A DNA stretch of 64,000 bases from Octopus vulgaris (taxonomy: Eukaryota): NCBI GenBank assembly GCA_951406725.2, contig OX597824.1:55800001-55864000 (forward strand), given 5' to 3'. The position numbers were made by a program, and so were the translations under genes. The notes under the pieces are model-generated. The model was not told where the DNA came from and ran no database searches. It saw only the letters and a list, made by a program, of their open reading frames with translations. Shown here one piece after another: positions 24,944 to 38,871 of the stretch (its first letter is position 1; the number at the start of each line of letters is the position of its first letter).

Positions 24944-25005
24944 ATATTTCGGAATGGTCATATTGCCAGTTTAGCCAATAAATATTGCACAACAAATATT
25001 TAAAC

Positions 25006-25157
<152 letters not shown>

Positions 25158-25159
25158 GT

Positions 25160-25437
25160 GGAGGCACAATGGCCCAGTGGTTAGGGCAGCGGACTGGCGG
25201 TCGGAGGATCGCGCTTTCGATTCCCAGACCCGGTGTTGTGTTTATTGAGCGAAAACACCTAAAAGCTCCACGAGGCTCGGGCAGGGGCTGGTGATCGCTG
25301 CTGTACTCATTCACCACTCTTTCTCCTGTTGGCCTGCTCACTTAGCCAGTGGGGTGGTGTCGTTCGAAGGCTAAAACAATGCGAACGCATTGTGACCAGC
25401 GATGTGTAGCAACATTTGATGGTCTGGTCGGTCACGA
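25160..25437 (+). mobile_element. tRNA-derived SINE
   Basis: A box TGGCCCAGTGG and B box TTCGATTCCC at tRNA spacing, inserted in (TA)n. Confidence 0.8.
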
Positions 25438-25829
25438 AAGAGAAAGTCACGAGATATATATACATATAATTAATAATATCAGGGTAATAAAGATTTTAGA
25501 AATTTTTACTACCAGTGGCCTAGCGTATTGAAAAATTTGTCAATAGACTATATATTATTCATATAAAATACAGTGTACATTTAAACACATTAAGAGGTGT
25601 CCATCATAGGACTCCCTTATGCTAGAAGGAACAGCTAAAGTCCAAACCACTAATTAGGGATAAATTCTCAAAGGGAATGAAAAATAAAAACATTTACCAT
25701 CTATTTCCTGGACCATGGTTTCTGAATTTTTTTAGCAAATAAAATAATTTGCTAGGTGAAGTCTTTGTCAACAGGTACGCCAGGATTAAACATATAAACA
25801 TGGGGCCAATCCAGCACGTGCCTCTTGCT

Positions 25830-26416
25830 TATACATTTTGCTCCACTCTAAATGCTTTGCAACACTTGTTTTTGAAAGTAGTGGTTTTCTGATTGTAGCC
25901 CTCCCATGAAATCCAGCTTAGTGCATCTCCCAGCAAACAGTTTTTGTGGAAACTGGGTTCTCAGGGTGGCCATTAAGCTCTGCAGTAATTTTGGGAGCTG
26001 TACTTTTGTGATCCTTTCAAACAATTCACATTAGAGTCTGAAAGCTTTGGTTTTCTTCCTGAGTTTTGTTTTGAGAAGAAGGTTTTTCCCTCTTTCTCAA
26101 AAGCTGTCCTTACTTTTGAGACAGTACTTCTTGATACACCAAACATTTCAACTGCTTTCATTACGCTAGAACTTGCCATACGAGTACCAACAATTTGACC
26201 TCTTTGAAAGTCCGATAGATCTGTCATTTTAATGAATTTTAATTACCTTTTTCTGATGATATTTGAAAAGCAATATCAATTTTAGCAAAACGTATTAAGC
26301 AACACTAATAATAAATCAAAAAATATAAAGATAAACAAGCTTTTGACGATTTTATAGATATTTCTAAATTATGATGCTATGATGCTAGGTGTTTCCATTA
26401 TTTTGTCCAACCCCTA
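25830..26416 (-). mobile_element. Tc1 transposon 5' half
   Basis: TIR-like AGGGGTTGGACAAAATAATGGAAACACC and transposase N-terminus MTDLSDFQRGQIVG...GVSRSTVSKV...GRKPKLS...KPLLSK. Confidence 0.85.
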
Positions 26417-26463
26417 TATGTGTATATATGCATGTATATATATATATATATGTATATGAGTGT

Positions 26464-26500
<37 letters not shown>

Positions 26501-26501
26501 C

Positions 26502-26548
<47 letters not shown>

Positions 26549-26555
26549 CAGAGAG

Positions 26556-26624
<69 letters not shown>

Positions 26625-26967
26625 TTACCAGTTGCCATGACTGACCACTAACTCCACAAGTTTTTTATTCTCTCTCTGTTTATTTTTTCATGTTCATTTC
26701 TGTTGAAGAGCATAGGCTCAAAACATAAAAGACTTTCTCACATTCTCAAACGTCAGACTACTACACCTGCTTGTTGTTTATACACCTATCTTCATCTTTT
26801 GTTTTTCTGTAAATTTCAACTATATCTATATTTATATATACAAGAAATGATTAAGATTCAGTTGAATTAGGTACTTAAATTGAGGCACCTGGCCAGTTTG
26901 ATATAAACCACACAGCTTGAAGTTAGGTGAATAAAAAGAAAATAAAAGACAAGGACATCCTTAATAC

Positions 26968-27187
26968 AGTTCTGTATTTAAGGGATGAGGAATTATGTAC
27001 ATTATTTACATTTAACAGATATTTGTCCTCATCTTGTTTATTGGTAACATTTCTAAGGAATGAGAACCTAGCTTCGAAATTTCCCCAAGACATCTGATGA
27101 AGGCTTGAGCGTATATCAGCCGAAATGTTGTATTAACAACAAACAGGATGAGGACAAATATCTTTGGAATGTAAATAATGTAAATAA
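26968..27187 (+). mobile_element. Hammerhead-bearing SINE-like element, headless copy with inverted tail
   Basis: Homologous to 59821-59990. GACAT-CTGATGA-AGGCTTG...CAGCC-GAAATGTTGTATT at 27089-27134; its 3' tail is duplicated in inverted orientation at 26968-27050. Confidence 0.7.
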
Positions 27188-27225
27188 AGGACAACTCTGT
27201 TACTTATTTGCTTTTGCTTTATATA

Positions 27226-27345
27226 TATCTGTAAATATAATATGTGACAATTATTTGGTAGCCATGATAAAACTGTGAGTTTTGGATGTCGGGGCAGAGT
27301 TTTATCATGGCTACTGAATAAATTTCATATATTATATTTACAGAT
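27226..27345. repeat. Short palindrome
   Basis: TCTGTAAATATAATATG...GTAGCCATGATAAAACT / AGTTTTATCATGGCTAC...ATTTACAGA. Confidence 0.8.
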
Positions 27346-27732
27346 AAATTCCTCTATTTGCATAATACCGAGGTCTCTTTCATTCTTTTGTTGTCTTGCC
27401 ATTTCAATCAATATATATATATGTATATATATATATAGATCACAAGCCACTACACCTTCTTTATTTTCTCTCCTTGTTTCTTTCTGTGTTCCTTTCTGTG
27501 GAAGCGTGTAGGCTCGAAACATTAAAGACTTTTTCACTTCCCAAGCATTATACTAATACATCTGTTTGTTGTCTACACCACCTGTCTTCATCTTTTGTTT
27601 TTTTGTGAATTCTCCCTGCACACACACACACATATATATATACGCACACAAGTGGCCTTTAGCGGCAGAAGTCTGAACTACAATGGGCTTGTCCCACAGA
27701 GAATGTTTCCAGTTACTTTTGGGTACCCCCAC

Positions 27733-27817
<85 letters not shown>

Positions 27818-27945
27818 AAGGTATGTATTAGTTAATAAATTGTATGGTATACACCTGGTAGTTTACCAGTAAACCATGTTAACTTTCTCAGTGTTCATTG
27901 GGTATTTGATTAAGGAAGAAGATGGAAGATATGAGAAAGTTTATT

Positions 27946-29860
27946 GATTGCTAAAATTGTTTTGACCCATCTAGCATTGATCCCTCATAGATGGGATACT
28001 GAACATCTGGTTTAAGTGTATCCATCAGTGTAGTTGTGTCTCCTCAGGTGATTACAAGATGTATCTCATTAAAATAACATCTGTTCCACAAGATTTCTTC
28101 TCAGCATTTGGATGCAACAGCAGCAAATTAAGGTATACAGCTTCATTATTATAGAAGATCAATAACAAATATCAGATGCAAAAAGAAACAAATACACAAT
28201 ACAGTGAAAAAAGTATTAGATATAACCATTAGTAGATATGGATGTAAGAACACCCTCACATTGTCTGGTGCATGTACATTTGCTTGTACAAACTTACACA
28301 AAGATATAAGCATACATACACACATAGTTTGTCACATGTATGTTCACACAGTCAATTAAATAAATATTAATAAAGGCCGTACCTGAAAGTGGCTAGTGAT
28401 ACGAATCCACTTGCTGAGGTGTCACAGATTCTGTGGTGGGGTTCACTAAGTCTGGCTAATATACTTATAGCACTTGTAGGGTCATGAATATGTACATAAA
28501 TACAGACATAGTAGATGTGTGCTTTTTGTATGAATGGCTAATGGAATAACCAATAGCTTATAGAAAGTGTTAATGCCAGTGTTAGGATCACCAATATAGA
28601 TAAGTGTAGGCTTTTTGCATTTTCATCTCATGGTGAGCAATACTTATTGAAAAAGCCGAAGTTGATATTTATCTCACATTGATTGGTATACAATGGCCAA
28701 GGGGTATCACAGTGATATTGGTAACTATTGTAGCATTGTGGTTATAAGACTGGGGAGGTGGTTAGTTTATTTATACATTTAGGTAAAATTTAGTTATTAA
28801 TTTGGTTAACAATTACTCATTCCCACTGCATTGTGCATTTATAAGCATGCAAGCATGTTGAAAGTCTTTCAGAAATCCTGTTCATGATCTTCTCATTGGT
28901 CCACAGAATGGACAGTGATTCCTCAGAGCACAGTCTGCATCTCTTGGAAATGCTATTGTATGGTTGTGCATGTCTTATTATAGACCAAGTTACATTATCC
29001 TCCTTAAGTTGCCACACAAAATCAGCCAAAAATGTCAAATGCCTCTTGTTAATTTTCTTGAAGCTGGCAACATTTTTCAGTTATGGTTCTTGAATGAATC
29101 AGCTGTTTCCCCAATGTAAACATACAGTCCTCCTTTTGTGTGTATGGTGCATTTATATACAAGATTAATACTCATACAGAGGTTCATCAAAGGGCATTTT
29201 GTTTTTTCTCTGCATAAGCATTTATTTTATTTGATAGTATTTGTGGCTGTGCTGACTTCATTTTCTGAAGCCATTACCATGTTGGCTATATCACTATTAT
29301 TGTTACTATCATGATGTGGACACAGCAGGTGTTTTTCATTCTAGTTGGTATTTCCTTTCTTGACATTTTGTTGAATATATTTGCTGTTTTTTTTATTTGC
29401 CAAGCCTGAAGTAGTTCACCCATTATAAGTTATAGTTCCAGCAGGTAGGTTATTCAGCAGTTGGTTCATTTTCCTGTTATTAATGCAGTGCATATACTGC
29501 TCTAAATTAACAGAGTTAGTGTATAATACCTTCACTATGTGTCAATTAAAAAAAGTATAATATCTATTTGATTTTGGGAAACATTTATCTAAAGCAGCAA
29601 AAAATTCCCTACCGATCTTCATTGAAACATTTGAACCATAGATTGGGTTGTACCAGAGGTGATCATGATTCTGATATTTGTTGTTTGGCTTATTTGTTCT
29701 GGTGTGTTGTTCAGGGTTTGGACAGGTTATTGTGTTATGAGCAGTAGTACAATTGTGTTGTGTGTGTCTATGAGTTTTGGTTTGTAGTTTACTGCCTTGA
29801 CTAATTCTTTTTGACCTATATTTTCAATCTGAATGTGTTTACTTACTGTAATATTGTGCT
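27946..29860 (-). mobile_element. Degraded Neptune-type Penelope-like element
   Basis: LWYNPIYG...KIGREFF thumb, CLCREKTKCPLMNLC linker, VYKC...YIGET GIY-YIG, CRLCSEE...CLH. A possible decayed hammerhead (CTGAGGA-GAC...GTC-AAAAC) at about 27946-28052; the 3' boundary is uncertain. Confidence 0.8.
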
Positions 29861-29889
29861 GGTATGAAATGTACATTATGTATGCATGC

Positions 29890-29920
<31 letters not shown>

Positions 29921-29926
29921 TGCATA

Positions 29927-29966
<40 letters not shown>

Positions 29967-30071
29967 TTCAGCAAAATTTAGATTCAAATGAATATGGTAC
30001 TTAAGTTGGATGCACCAGAATTATGTATGGTGTTATCCATATAAATCCATGGGGTGATTGCTTATTTTGAT

Positions 30072-30105
<34 letters not shown>

Positions 30106-30130
30106 TGTATGTATGTATGTATGTATGTAT

Positions 30131-30203
<73 letters not shown>

Positions 30204-30219
30204 CATACACACACATACT

Positions 30220-30639
30220 AATATATAATTATATTAAAGGGTGCAGATAAACCCCACCAACATGTGAGAAATAGGTGCCAAATGGCTGTAAAAACCACAT
30301 CTACACTCCATTAGCACAGGTTGTAACCAAGCAGATGAATAAATGAATAAGATTTTTTAAAAAGGGTTTATTGTAGATCGATTTCTGGCTTAGGGATGTA
30401 AAACCCCTTGCTGTTATCAGTACAATACGCCCATAGTATATAAGCACAAATATTTATACATATCTGTACAAACAACATATATCTGCATGATATATACATA
30501 CATTTACATGTATATACTAGTTAAATCTAATTTATTCATCTCAACCTCATGTTAAGCCAGAAATCGATCTACAATTAATGGCGTCTATTTCTAGTGCGTT
30601 GGTGAGGTTTATCTGCACTCTTTAATATAATTGTATTAT
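30220..30639. repeat. Fold-back pseudo-LTR with a hammerhead-like motif (30370-30426, minus)
   Basis: Arms 30220-30279 / 30578-30639. ATTGTA-CTGATAA...GCCA-GAAA-TCGA-TC-TACAAT. Confidence 0.7.
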
Positions 30640-31639
30640 ATACTTATATATTAGTATAAACTATTACCTATATGGCTTTTTATATGCTGGCCACTTGATA
30701 AAATCATTAAAATGGTTTTATCCTTAATCTTGTATATACATATATATATATATATATATACACTAGCTGAGTGTCCCATTATTGTAGTGTCATTTTTACA
30801 ATAGAATGCTTTGGCAGACTTTTGGAATAACACATTCACTTAAGTTGGGTATTCTCCATTTTGACAGGGATTTTTCAAACTTATTTTCTATTATACTCTC
30901 ACAAATGATGATGGGGAAGCTTTTCCATTAAAAAGATTTTTGAAAACTTATGAATCTCCACTCCTCATTTCTGAACTGATTTTATCCAATTTTTATTTTT
31001 TGCACTTCATATTTTTAAACAATGAGAGGCACCTTTCCAGTAAAAAAAAACAAAACTTTTGGGAAAATTTATGAACTATTTCAAATCTCCCTCCGCAACT
31101 CAGTACCGATAATGGCCAATGTTTTTGCACTATGCACTTAAAAATGAGAGAGCCTTGAAAGTTTAAAAAGAAAATAAGTTTTGGAAACAGCAATCACCAT
31201 CACGATACCCACTTCTTTTATTTTCAAACAGAAAATGAAACATAATTTAAAAACAATAGTGAAATCTTTTAATTTTCTTCATTAACCTCCACCCCTCTAT
31301 AAATCGTAAATTTCAGCTTTTTACCAAATGTATTTTTTAATCATAGTTTTAAAATACAGACAGTCCAAATCTGCAATTATAAACAGAAATAAATCTGCAA
31401 TCTGTTTCTGTTCATAATTTTTAAATAATTTCCAAGTGAAAAGGGGCATGATTTAAGGGAGATTTAGCCATTATTTTTAGCACATCCCACAACCACCTGC
31501 TACTCACTTCTTTGTCACTCTGAAATGTACTGATGATTTTCAATATTTTTCTCCTCATAAACACATTTTTTGGAATGATGATGTGGTGGTCCATTGATTA
31601 CCATCAAGCAAAAAAAATTGTAACTTAAATTTTTAATCC

Positions 31640-32693
31640 TCCACCCAGCATCAAGTGAATGTTTTATTGCATATGAAAAGCTCAAAATGCTTAAATAAGT
31701 GATAATCAATAGGAAAGATATCAGGGAAATAGGGAGGATGTTGCAAGATCTCATAATTTAGGCTTTGCAACTTTTGGGCCGTAGCTTGAGAAGTATGAGG
31801 ACATGCATTATCATGGAGCAAAATTGGACCATCCCTATCCACTAGTCTGGGTTGCTTCTTTTTCAAATTCTCATGCATACAATCAATTTCCTGGCAATAC
31901 AATGTTGATGTTACTGTTTTTCCTTGTTGCAAAAATGAATAATGAATAACCTCCTTTACAGACCACCATACAGTGACCACTAACTTTTTAGAGTGCAATG
32001 GTGGTTTGGGGTAGTGTTTAGATGACTCTCCTACATCTAATCACTGTCCTATTCTCCTGCTGTTGTCAAAGAGTATCCATTTCTCATCACATGTAATGAT
32101 TCAAAGCAAAATGTTTCTTTTCCCAGTCAAGAAAGCAACAAGGAACATACTTTGAGGCACCTGTTTTTTTTTAATCTTATTCAGTTGATGTGGAACAAAC
32201 CTATCCATTTTCTTGACTTTTCTAATTTTTTTCAGGTGTTGAGAAACAGTTGCGTGAGGTGTTTGGAGTTCTTATGAAAGTTTTGGATCATTGTTCTCGG
32301 ATTTTGTTCAACCAAAGCATTTAACCCATCATGCTGAATAACTGATTTTGGCCTCCCTCTTGGTTCATTTTCAAGACTATCATCTCTAGAATGAGATCTT
32401 TGGAACCATCTCTGAACAGTTCTGATGTCAACAAAACCATTATCAAAGGCCCCCTTGATATTCCATAGAGCTTCTGTGGCATAGTGACCCAGCTTGTACT
32501 CATACAAGAAAATCACTCAACATTGTTTGGTTGTTATCATTTTCATAAGGTTTGTGGGCAAGAATTTTGTAAACCAATATTGTCTGAAAAAAAAAAGAGT
32601 CAAGATTAAATGCAAGGGTATACATAATTGAGTTTTTAAATGACAGAAATAACAAGAAATTAAAAATACGACATTTCATGTGTAACAACCTAA
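31640..32693 (-). mobile_element. Mariner (DD34D) transposon relic
   Basis: TA|TTAGGTTGTTACACATG TIR, HTH (RTVQRWFQR), ITCDEKW, HDNACPH, HPPYFPDIFPIDYHLF. Confidence 0.9.
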
Positions 32694-32701
32694 TATATTT
32701 A

Positions 32702-33310
32702 AGAGGGGTAAAAATATCACTTGTTAAAAATCAAAGCGACAGCTTCAAAAAACCACCAATCTTACGATTGGTTGGAAATAGTATTTAACATCTATTTCTA
32801 AAATATTCACTTCAAGCATAGGTAGAAGTTTTGCTAGCCACTTCATTATTACTGTTCATAGCAGTAATAATACTTCACATATTTGCATTTTTTATTGTTT
32901 ACGATAGTTTCTTTTTAAAATGACTGGGATGTTTATAGTTAGAAATGCACATGAGTTGACATAGTGAATATTTTAGAAATAGATGTTAAATACTATTTCC
33001 AACTGATGATTGCAGAGCATGTTTTTTTTCATGAAGAGCATGAAATCAATTGATATTGGGACATGTAGTTTCTATTTTCGTATTCCATTCTGAAGGTAGG
33101 CCTATTTTTAAAATGTTCATTGCATTGCTCATATGTATATTTATCGTAAGATTGGTGGTTTTTTGAAGCTGTTGCTTTGATTTTTAGCAAGCAGTATTTT
33201 TACCCTTCTTTTCTTTAATTATTGCATATTATACCTGTATAGGTAGAAGTCTTGCTAGCCACCTCATTATTACTGTTCATAACAGTAATAATACTTCAAA
33301 TATTTGCATT
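32702..33310. repeat. Complex inverted plus direct pseudo-LTR repeat
   Basis: 32702-32768 inverted at 33143-33208; 32770-32811 inverted at 32964-33003; 32818-32890 direct at 33238-33310. Confidence 0.8.
32997..33061 (+). ncRNA. Type I hammerhead ribozyme
   Basis: TTCCAA-CTGATGA-TTGC...CATG...CATG...GCAT-GAAA-TCAATTGA-TA-TTGGGA, palindromic stem III. Confidence 0.75.
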
Positions 33311-33318
33311 ATATATAC

Positions 33319-33349
<31 letters not shown>

Positions 33350-33371
33350 TGTATGTATGTATGTATGTATG

Positions 33372-33630
33372 TGAGGGTGCATGGCCTAATGGTTAGGGTG
33401 TTGGACTCACCGTCGCAAGATAATGGTTTCAATTCCTAGACCAGGTGGTGCATTGTGTTCTTGAGTAAAACACCTCATCTCATGTTGCTTTGCAATCACT
33501 TCAACACCTTCGTTTTGATGGAGAGAGTGAGCTAATGTATGGTACAAACATTTGATCACTATAAACAACTCATTTGTACAAGTCGTTCAGCAAAAGTTGA
33601 ATGCTCATGCATCATCATTGACAGGAGAGT
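33372..33630 (+). mobile_element. tRNA-derived SINE
   Basis: A box TGGCCTAATGG, B box TTCAATTCC, then TGTGTTCTTGAGTAAAACAC. Confidence 0.7.
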
Positions 33631-34238
33631 CCATCACATATATGTGTGTGTGTGTGTGTGTGTAAATACACACATATATACATACATATGTATGTATGGG
33701 TATGTATATATGAATGTGTACATATGTATGTGTGTGTGTCAGTACAAACATGACCACCAACAGCAATACTAATATATAGTATGAAGACGATGAGAAAGTC
33801 CATTTCAAATAGAGACATATATTGTGGTATCCTAGTGTATTTTAAAAGTTGAATGAAACGTCTTTGATATCAGGTCTATGAAGATTGACTTCAAACTAAA
33901 ACAGCCACATTAATACAGTGGGGCAACAATATGACCACTACAACACCAACAATACCCACCCTCTAATCAATAACATCTAAATCAAAGCAACCACACATTA
34001 TCACCACTATCAACCAACTAACTTTTTGGTTCAATTGGCTACAATTGCATGGGTGTGTGTGCGCATGAGTGTGTGTGTGTATGCATATGTGTGTGCATGT
34101 GTATGTGTGCGCATGCGTGTGTGTGTAATACAATTTTCTTCTCTCACAAAGCAACTCTTTCCTGGGCCAATTTTATTTACTACATATTTGTTGTGGATAA
34201 TTAATTGTTGTTACTGTTGGATTTGCCTTCAATTTAAG

Positions 34239-34560
34239 ATGTCTGGAAAGAAAACCTCAAGAAGACTTGAAGGCAGTAGTGTAAAAAGAAACCATAAAGG
34301 AGATTACAGTGGACATTAAACTTGATGTTTTGAAAAGACTTGAGGCAAAAATAAAATTAATGTGATCAATTACAGCTTTCTGGAGCCTAACCAGAGCATT
34401 ACATCAGAAGTTTACTGTAAGCAACTAGAAAGAATGCATGTTCACTTGAGCAAAATGAGACCAGCCCTTGTTAATCAATGTGGTCCAATGACAACGCTTG
34501 ACTGCACATTTATAGGATGATACTACAGAAGCTCACAGACTTGGGATATGAGACTTTACC
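34239..34560 (+). pseudogene. pogo/Tigger-like N-terminus abutting a mariner core fragment
   Basis: MSGK...ITVDIKLDVLKRLE (frameshifted), then YSFLEPNQSITSEVYCKQLERMH...LQKLTDLGYETL. Confidence 0.6.
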
Positions 34561-34906
34561 ATATATGTCCAGAATGAATTATGCAGATAACATATTTTTG
34601 ACATTGAGTGTGTAACAAAGATTTATCTCACCCACACACACACACACATGCACACACGCACATACACACACACACACGCGCACACGCACATACACACACA
34701 CACACACGCTCTGATTTCTGAACATGTTTCATCATGAATTCACCACCTAAATAAAACTGAACCAGCTGACAAAGATGGCTGTGCACCTGTTTTTCCCAAC
34801 TAGAAATAATGACAATTTCATGTGAGTATATTTTGTGCCATCCTCCTCCTCCTCTTCCTCCCCTCCTCCTCCTCCTCCTCACCACCACCACCACCACCAT
34901 CATCAC

Positions 34907-34945
<39 letters not shown>

Positions 34946-35050
34946 TAATGTTTACCATCTGTTTTCCATACTAGTATAGGTGTGTTAGTAATCTATATTC
35001 ATAATTTTATTTTACATATTTTATTCCCCAAGAAAGGGAAACCCTGGCAT

Positions 35051-35051
<1 letters not shown>

Positions 35052-35095
<44 letters not shown>

Positions 35096-37164
35096 TTAAT
35101 TGTGTACAGTGCTCAGGTGCACTACAACTCATCTAAAGTGTATATATAATCAGGTGTAGTTTCGGCGGATTTTGGAAAGCATGAGGGCCTTAAAGGATGC
35201 AGTGTCATGGCAGTCAACAACTGACGCAGGCAGTTTATTCCATGCTTCAGCAACTCTGAGCGTGAAAAAATGTTTCCGAAAGTCATGGGAGCTGTGTTGT
35301 TTTCTGACTTTGTAGGCATGTCCACGTGTGTTAGACACATGGAGATCAAAAAAGTGTTCAGTGTTGTTGTTGGTGAGGTGGTTGATAACTTTGTGGGTGT
35401 TTACAAAGTCCGTCGCCAGACGCCGGAGCTTCAGTGAATCCATGCCCAGGGAAACAAGGCACTCAGAATATGGTAGGTGTCTGATGGAGGGTATGCGTTT
35501 GGTTGCACATCTCTGGACAGATTCCAGGAGGTCAATGTTCTGAGCAAGATAGGGATTCCAAACTGATGTTGCGAATTCCAAGTGTGGTCGTACCATAGCT
35601 GCATACAGTTTTAAATAGATGGCTGGAGAGCGGCTAACAAAAGTCTTGCTGAGTGATGCCAAGACACCCTCGGCCTTCTTGACAATTTTAGAGATATGCT
35701 TTGTCCAACGCAAATCACTGCTGACAGTGATGCCTAGGTCACGCTCGCAGGAGGATTTCTTGATATCAGTGTTGTGGAGGGAGTATGTGGACGCAGGGTT
35801 TTTTCTCCCAAAATGCATGGTGGTACACTTGTCCACAGCCAGTTTCAGTTGCCAGTCTGTGATCCATTGCTACATTGTGTCTAGGTCTGATTGCAGGAAA
35901 GAGCTGTAGACATCAGGATCTGTCCTCTTGATTTCAAGGTACAGCTTGATGTCGTCTGCATATTTCAATACTGTGGCATTCTTTAAATTGGCATCTATGT
36001 CATTAATGTATGCCACAAACAAGAGGGGACCAAGGACAGATCCCTGTGGTACACCCGATGACATCTCATATGGTGTAGAATGCTGTCCTAGAACTGTGAC
36101 TACCTCCTTTCGGCTGAGAATGAAGGATTTCAACCAGTTAAAAAGGTCATCCCTCACACCCATTGCAGAGAGTTTCACCATAAGCCTTTTGTGTAGCAAA
36201 GTCAAGGTAGACAACATCCACCCATGAGCCACTGTCAGTGATCTGAGTAATGTCCTCAAGGAACTCGACAAGCTGATCACTGCAGCTGGAGTTAGGGACA
36301 AATCCATATTGTGAGGGTCGGATGAGACTGTGAGAGCTCCAGAAGTTCCAGAGTGTTTCTCTGACACACGATTCCATCAGTTTTGCAATACAGCTAGTGA
36401 GACTGACTGGGCGATAGTTGACAGGTGATGTGCGGTCGCCCTTTTTGAACAGAGGAATGACACTGGCAGTTTTCCACTGCTCCGGAGTAGCACCATTGTT
36501 GAGACAGTACTGGAATAAAATAGAAAGCTGGTGTAAAAGGAAGTACCAACCACGTTTGAGAAGCAGGTATGTAACTCCATCGAGACCAGGGGAGGCATAG
36601 TTGCGCTTATTTTGAAGGTGACGTCGCAGCATTGCAGGTGTAAATTCCATAGTTGTTATGGAATTTGCTGTTAGTGATGGTGAAGATGGTACATTTTGAC
36701 TTTCAACAGTGAATATGTTTGCATAGCACTCGGCAGTGAGTTCTGCGCATTCATTGGGGTCGTCAGTGATCTGGTTTGTGTGAGGGTTGCGAAGAGGGCC
36801 CACTGGAGAGTGAGATCTCTGCTTTGAATGCACATATTTCCAGAAAACCTTGCTGTCAGGATTGGCTGCTATGCACTGTTCAAATTCAAGCACTGCTTTT
36901 TTTGTCACTTGCTTGAGATGGTTGGAAGATTTATTCCACTTCTTCCTGTTGGTGTCTGATTTATGCAACTTGTATTCCCATTCAGCAGTCCGACGTTCCT
37001 TCCTGGCAAGTCGGACCGCTGAAGTTTCCCAAATTGCCCTTTTGGGGTAGTTCTTCTTTTTCTGTTTACGTGGCACTGATGCTGCACATGCTGCCCATAT
37101 TGAGTCCAGGATACTCTGGAGTATAGTATTCACATCTCCAGAGTTGTAGACAGTAAGGAGCCTC
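35052..37164 (-). mobile_element. CR1-clade LINE, 5'-truncated
   Basis: YRPVSLTS, QYGF, VYLDFA, GVPQGSVLGPLLF, KYADD, WNKLP, with a (TAT)n tail. Confidence 0.93.
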
Positions 37165-38005
37165 TATAGAGAAAAATAACTTCTTAATGGAGAATTGAAG
37201 GGAAATCTGTTCTAAATAAGATGTTGGTTAAAATGAAATTTCTTCAACCTTCTTCATGACTCAAATTAAGTATTCGAAAACTGTTAATAAAGAGATTTAT
37301 AAATATCTATAATAGCTATTGTTTCTTGGGTTAAGTATTTCAAGGGTGCCCCAAGAGTAAGAAACTTTTGGAAAATTCTATTGCCTGATTAGCAAGAAAT
37401 AGCAGCCAAACACCCATCAAAATCATACCATAACATTAGGGGACATTAGCTAATGTAGTCCTACATATCCTTGCAAAGATGGGGTGCTCTTGGTTGGAAT
37501 ACCTTAGATCATATATCTGCTCAATTAGGATTGGTCTGGAGCTAAACAACACCACAGAAGAGAAAAGTAGAAAAGAGAGGGCGAGGGAGGATACAAAAAA
37601 AGACAGAGACAGAGAGAAAAGAGAGACTGGAAAAAACAGAAAGGGAGAGATACTGAGAAAGAGAAAGAGAGAGATTATTCTCTGGAAAAGTAGCTGGAGC
37701 TTAACAGGGTAAGGTGAATAAACTTTTCAACAATGTCAATCTCTCTCTCTCTCTCTCACTCTTTCTCTTTCCTTGCCCCACCTGACAGTTGACATAACTA
37801 TATTGATTATCCATTTGTTTCCTATAGAAAACTATTTCTGGGAGTAACAGGCTGTTACACTGGAACAAAGACAGACAGACTCACACACATACTAACACAA
37901 ACACACACTGAAATGCTCATGCATTCACATATATACATTCACTTACATACATTCACATACACTGACACACTCACAAAGAAATATACTTGCATATGCATAT
38001 ACATA

Positions 38006-38215
38006 CGAGTGGAAGTCAAAAATTATCCGCACTTTCGCCATAATATATCTTCATTATTGTCACAGTGCCTTCTGCGCATGCTTGCTTATAGTTGGTACTA
38101 TTGTGGTCACGTGATCAAAGTTTGAGCCTGATCATGCCCGTTTTCTTTCTGGATTTACAGTGTAAGCATGGCCACTCCACTAGCAATGTGCAGCAAAAAA
38201 GAACATGAAATTCAT
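38006..38215 (+). mobile_element. Mariner 5' end relic
   Basis: TA|CGAGTGGAAGTCAAAAATTATCCGCAC TIR-like end followed by a start MATPLAMCSKKE. Confidence 0.5.
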
Positions 38216-38820
38216 CGGGGGGGGGGTCAGTACAATTTTTTTTCTGTCTAACCTCTTACTTTCTCTCTCTCTCTCTCTTTCTGTTGATTGTTTTCAACCA
38301 TCACTATCACCAGTACAACCAACATTACCACCACAACTGCCATACATACACCATTCAGACTTTTGATGCCAACCACCATCAACACCTTTGACTTCGCTGC
38401 CTTCCTCTCCAACACCATCACTATTGCCTTTCACATCCCTTACTATCACTGTCATGCTTGACTGCCTCAGCTACCACCACCACCATCACCATCACCATCA
38501 CCTCCACCTTTATCACAACTACAGCTCATACTATTTACTATCACCCCAGAAAGAAGAGTAGAAGAAGTGTCATTGAATAGTGAGAGACTGGGTCAAAGTG
38601 TGACACACTGACACACAGAAATTTGTTTTGGCATTTATTATTATATAATAATATATATATATCGTTCTTTAGAAAAACGTGTGTGTGTAAGTGCGTGTGT
38701 GTGTGTGTGTGTAGGTATGTATATATGAATGTACGTATTTATGTATGTATGTAAGTATGTAGATTGATAGATGTAGATATAGATATATGTATGTATGTAT
38801 ATATGTATGGGTGTATGTAC

Positions 38821-38871
<51 letters not shown>

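Noticed and set aside
30762-31390. Additional Helitron starting at CTAG
   Set aside because: No clear subterminal hairpin or TC terminus.
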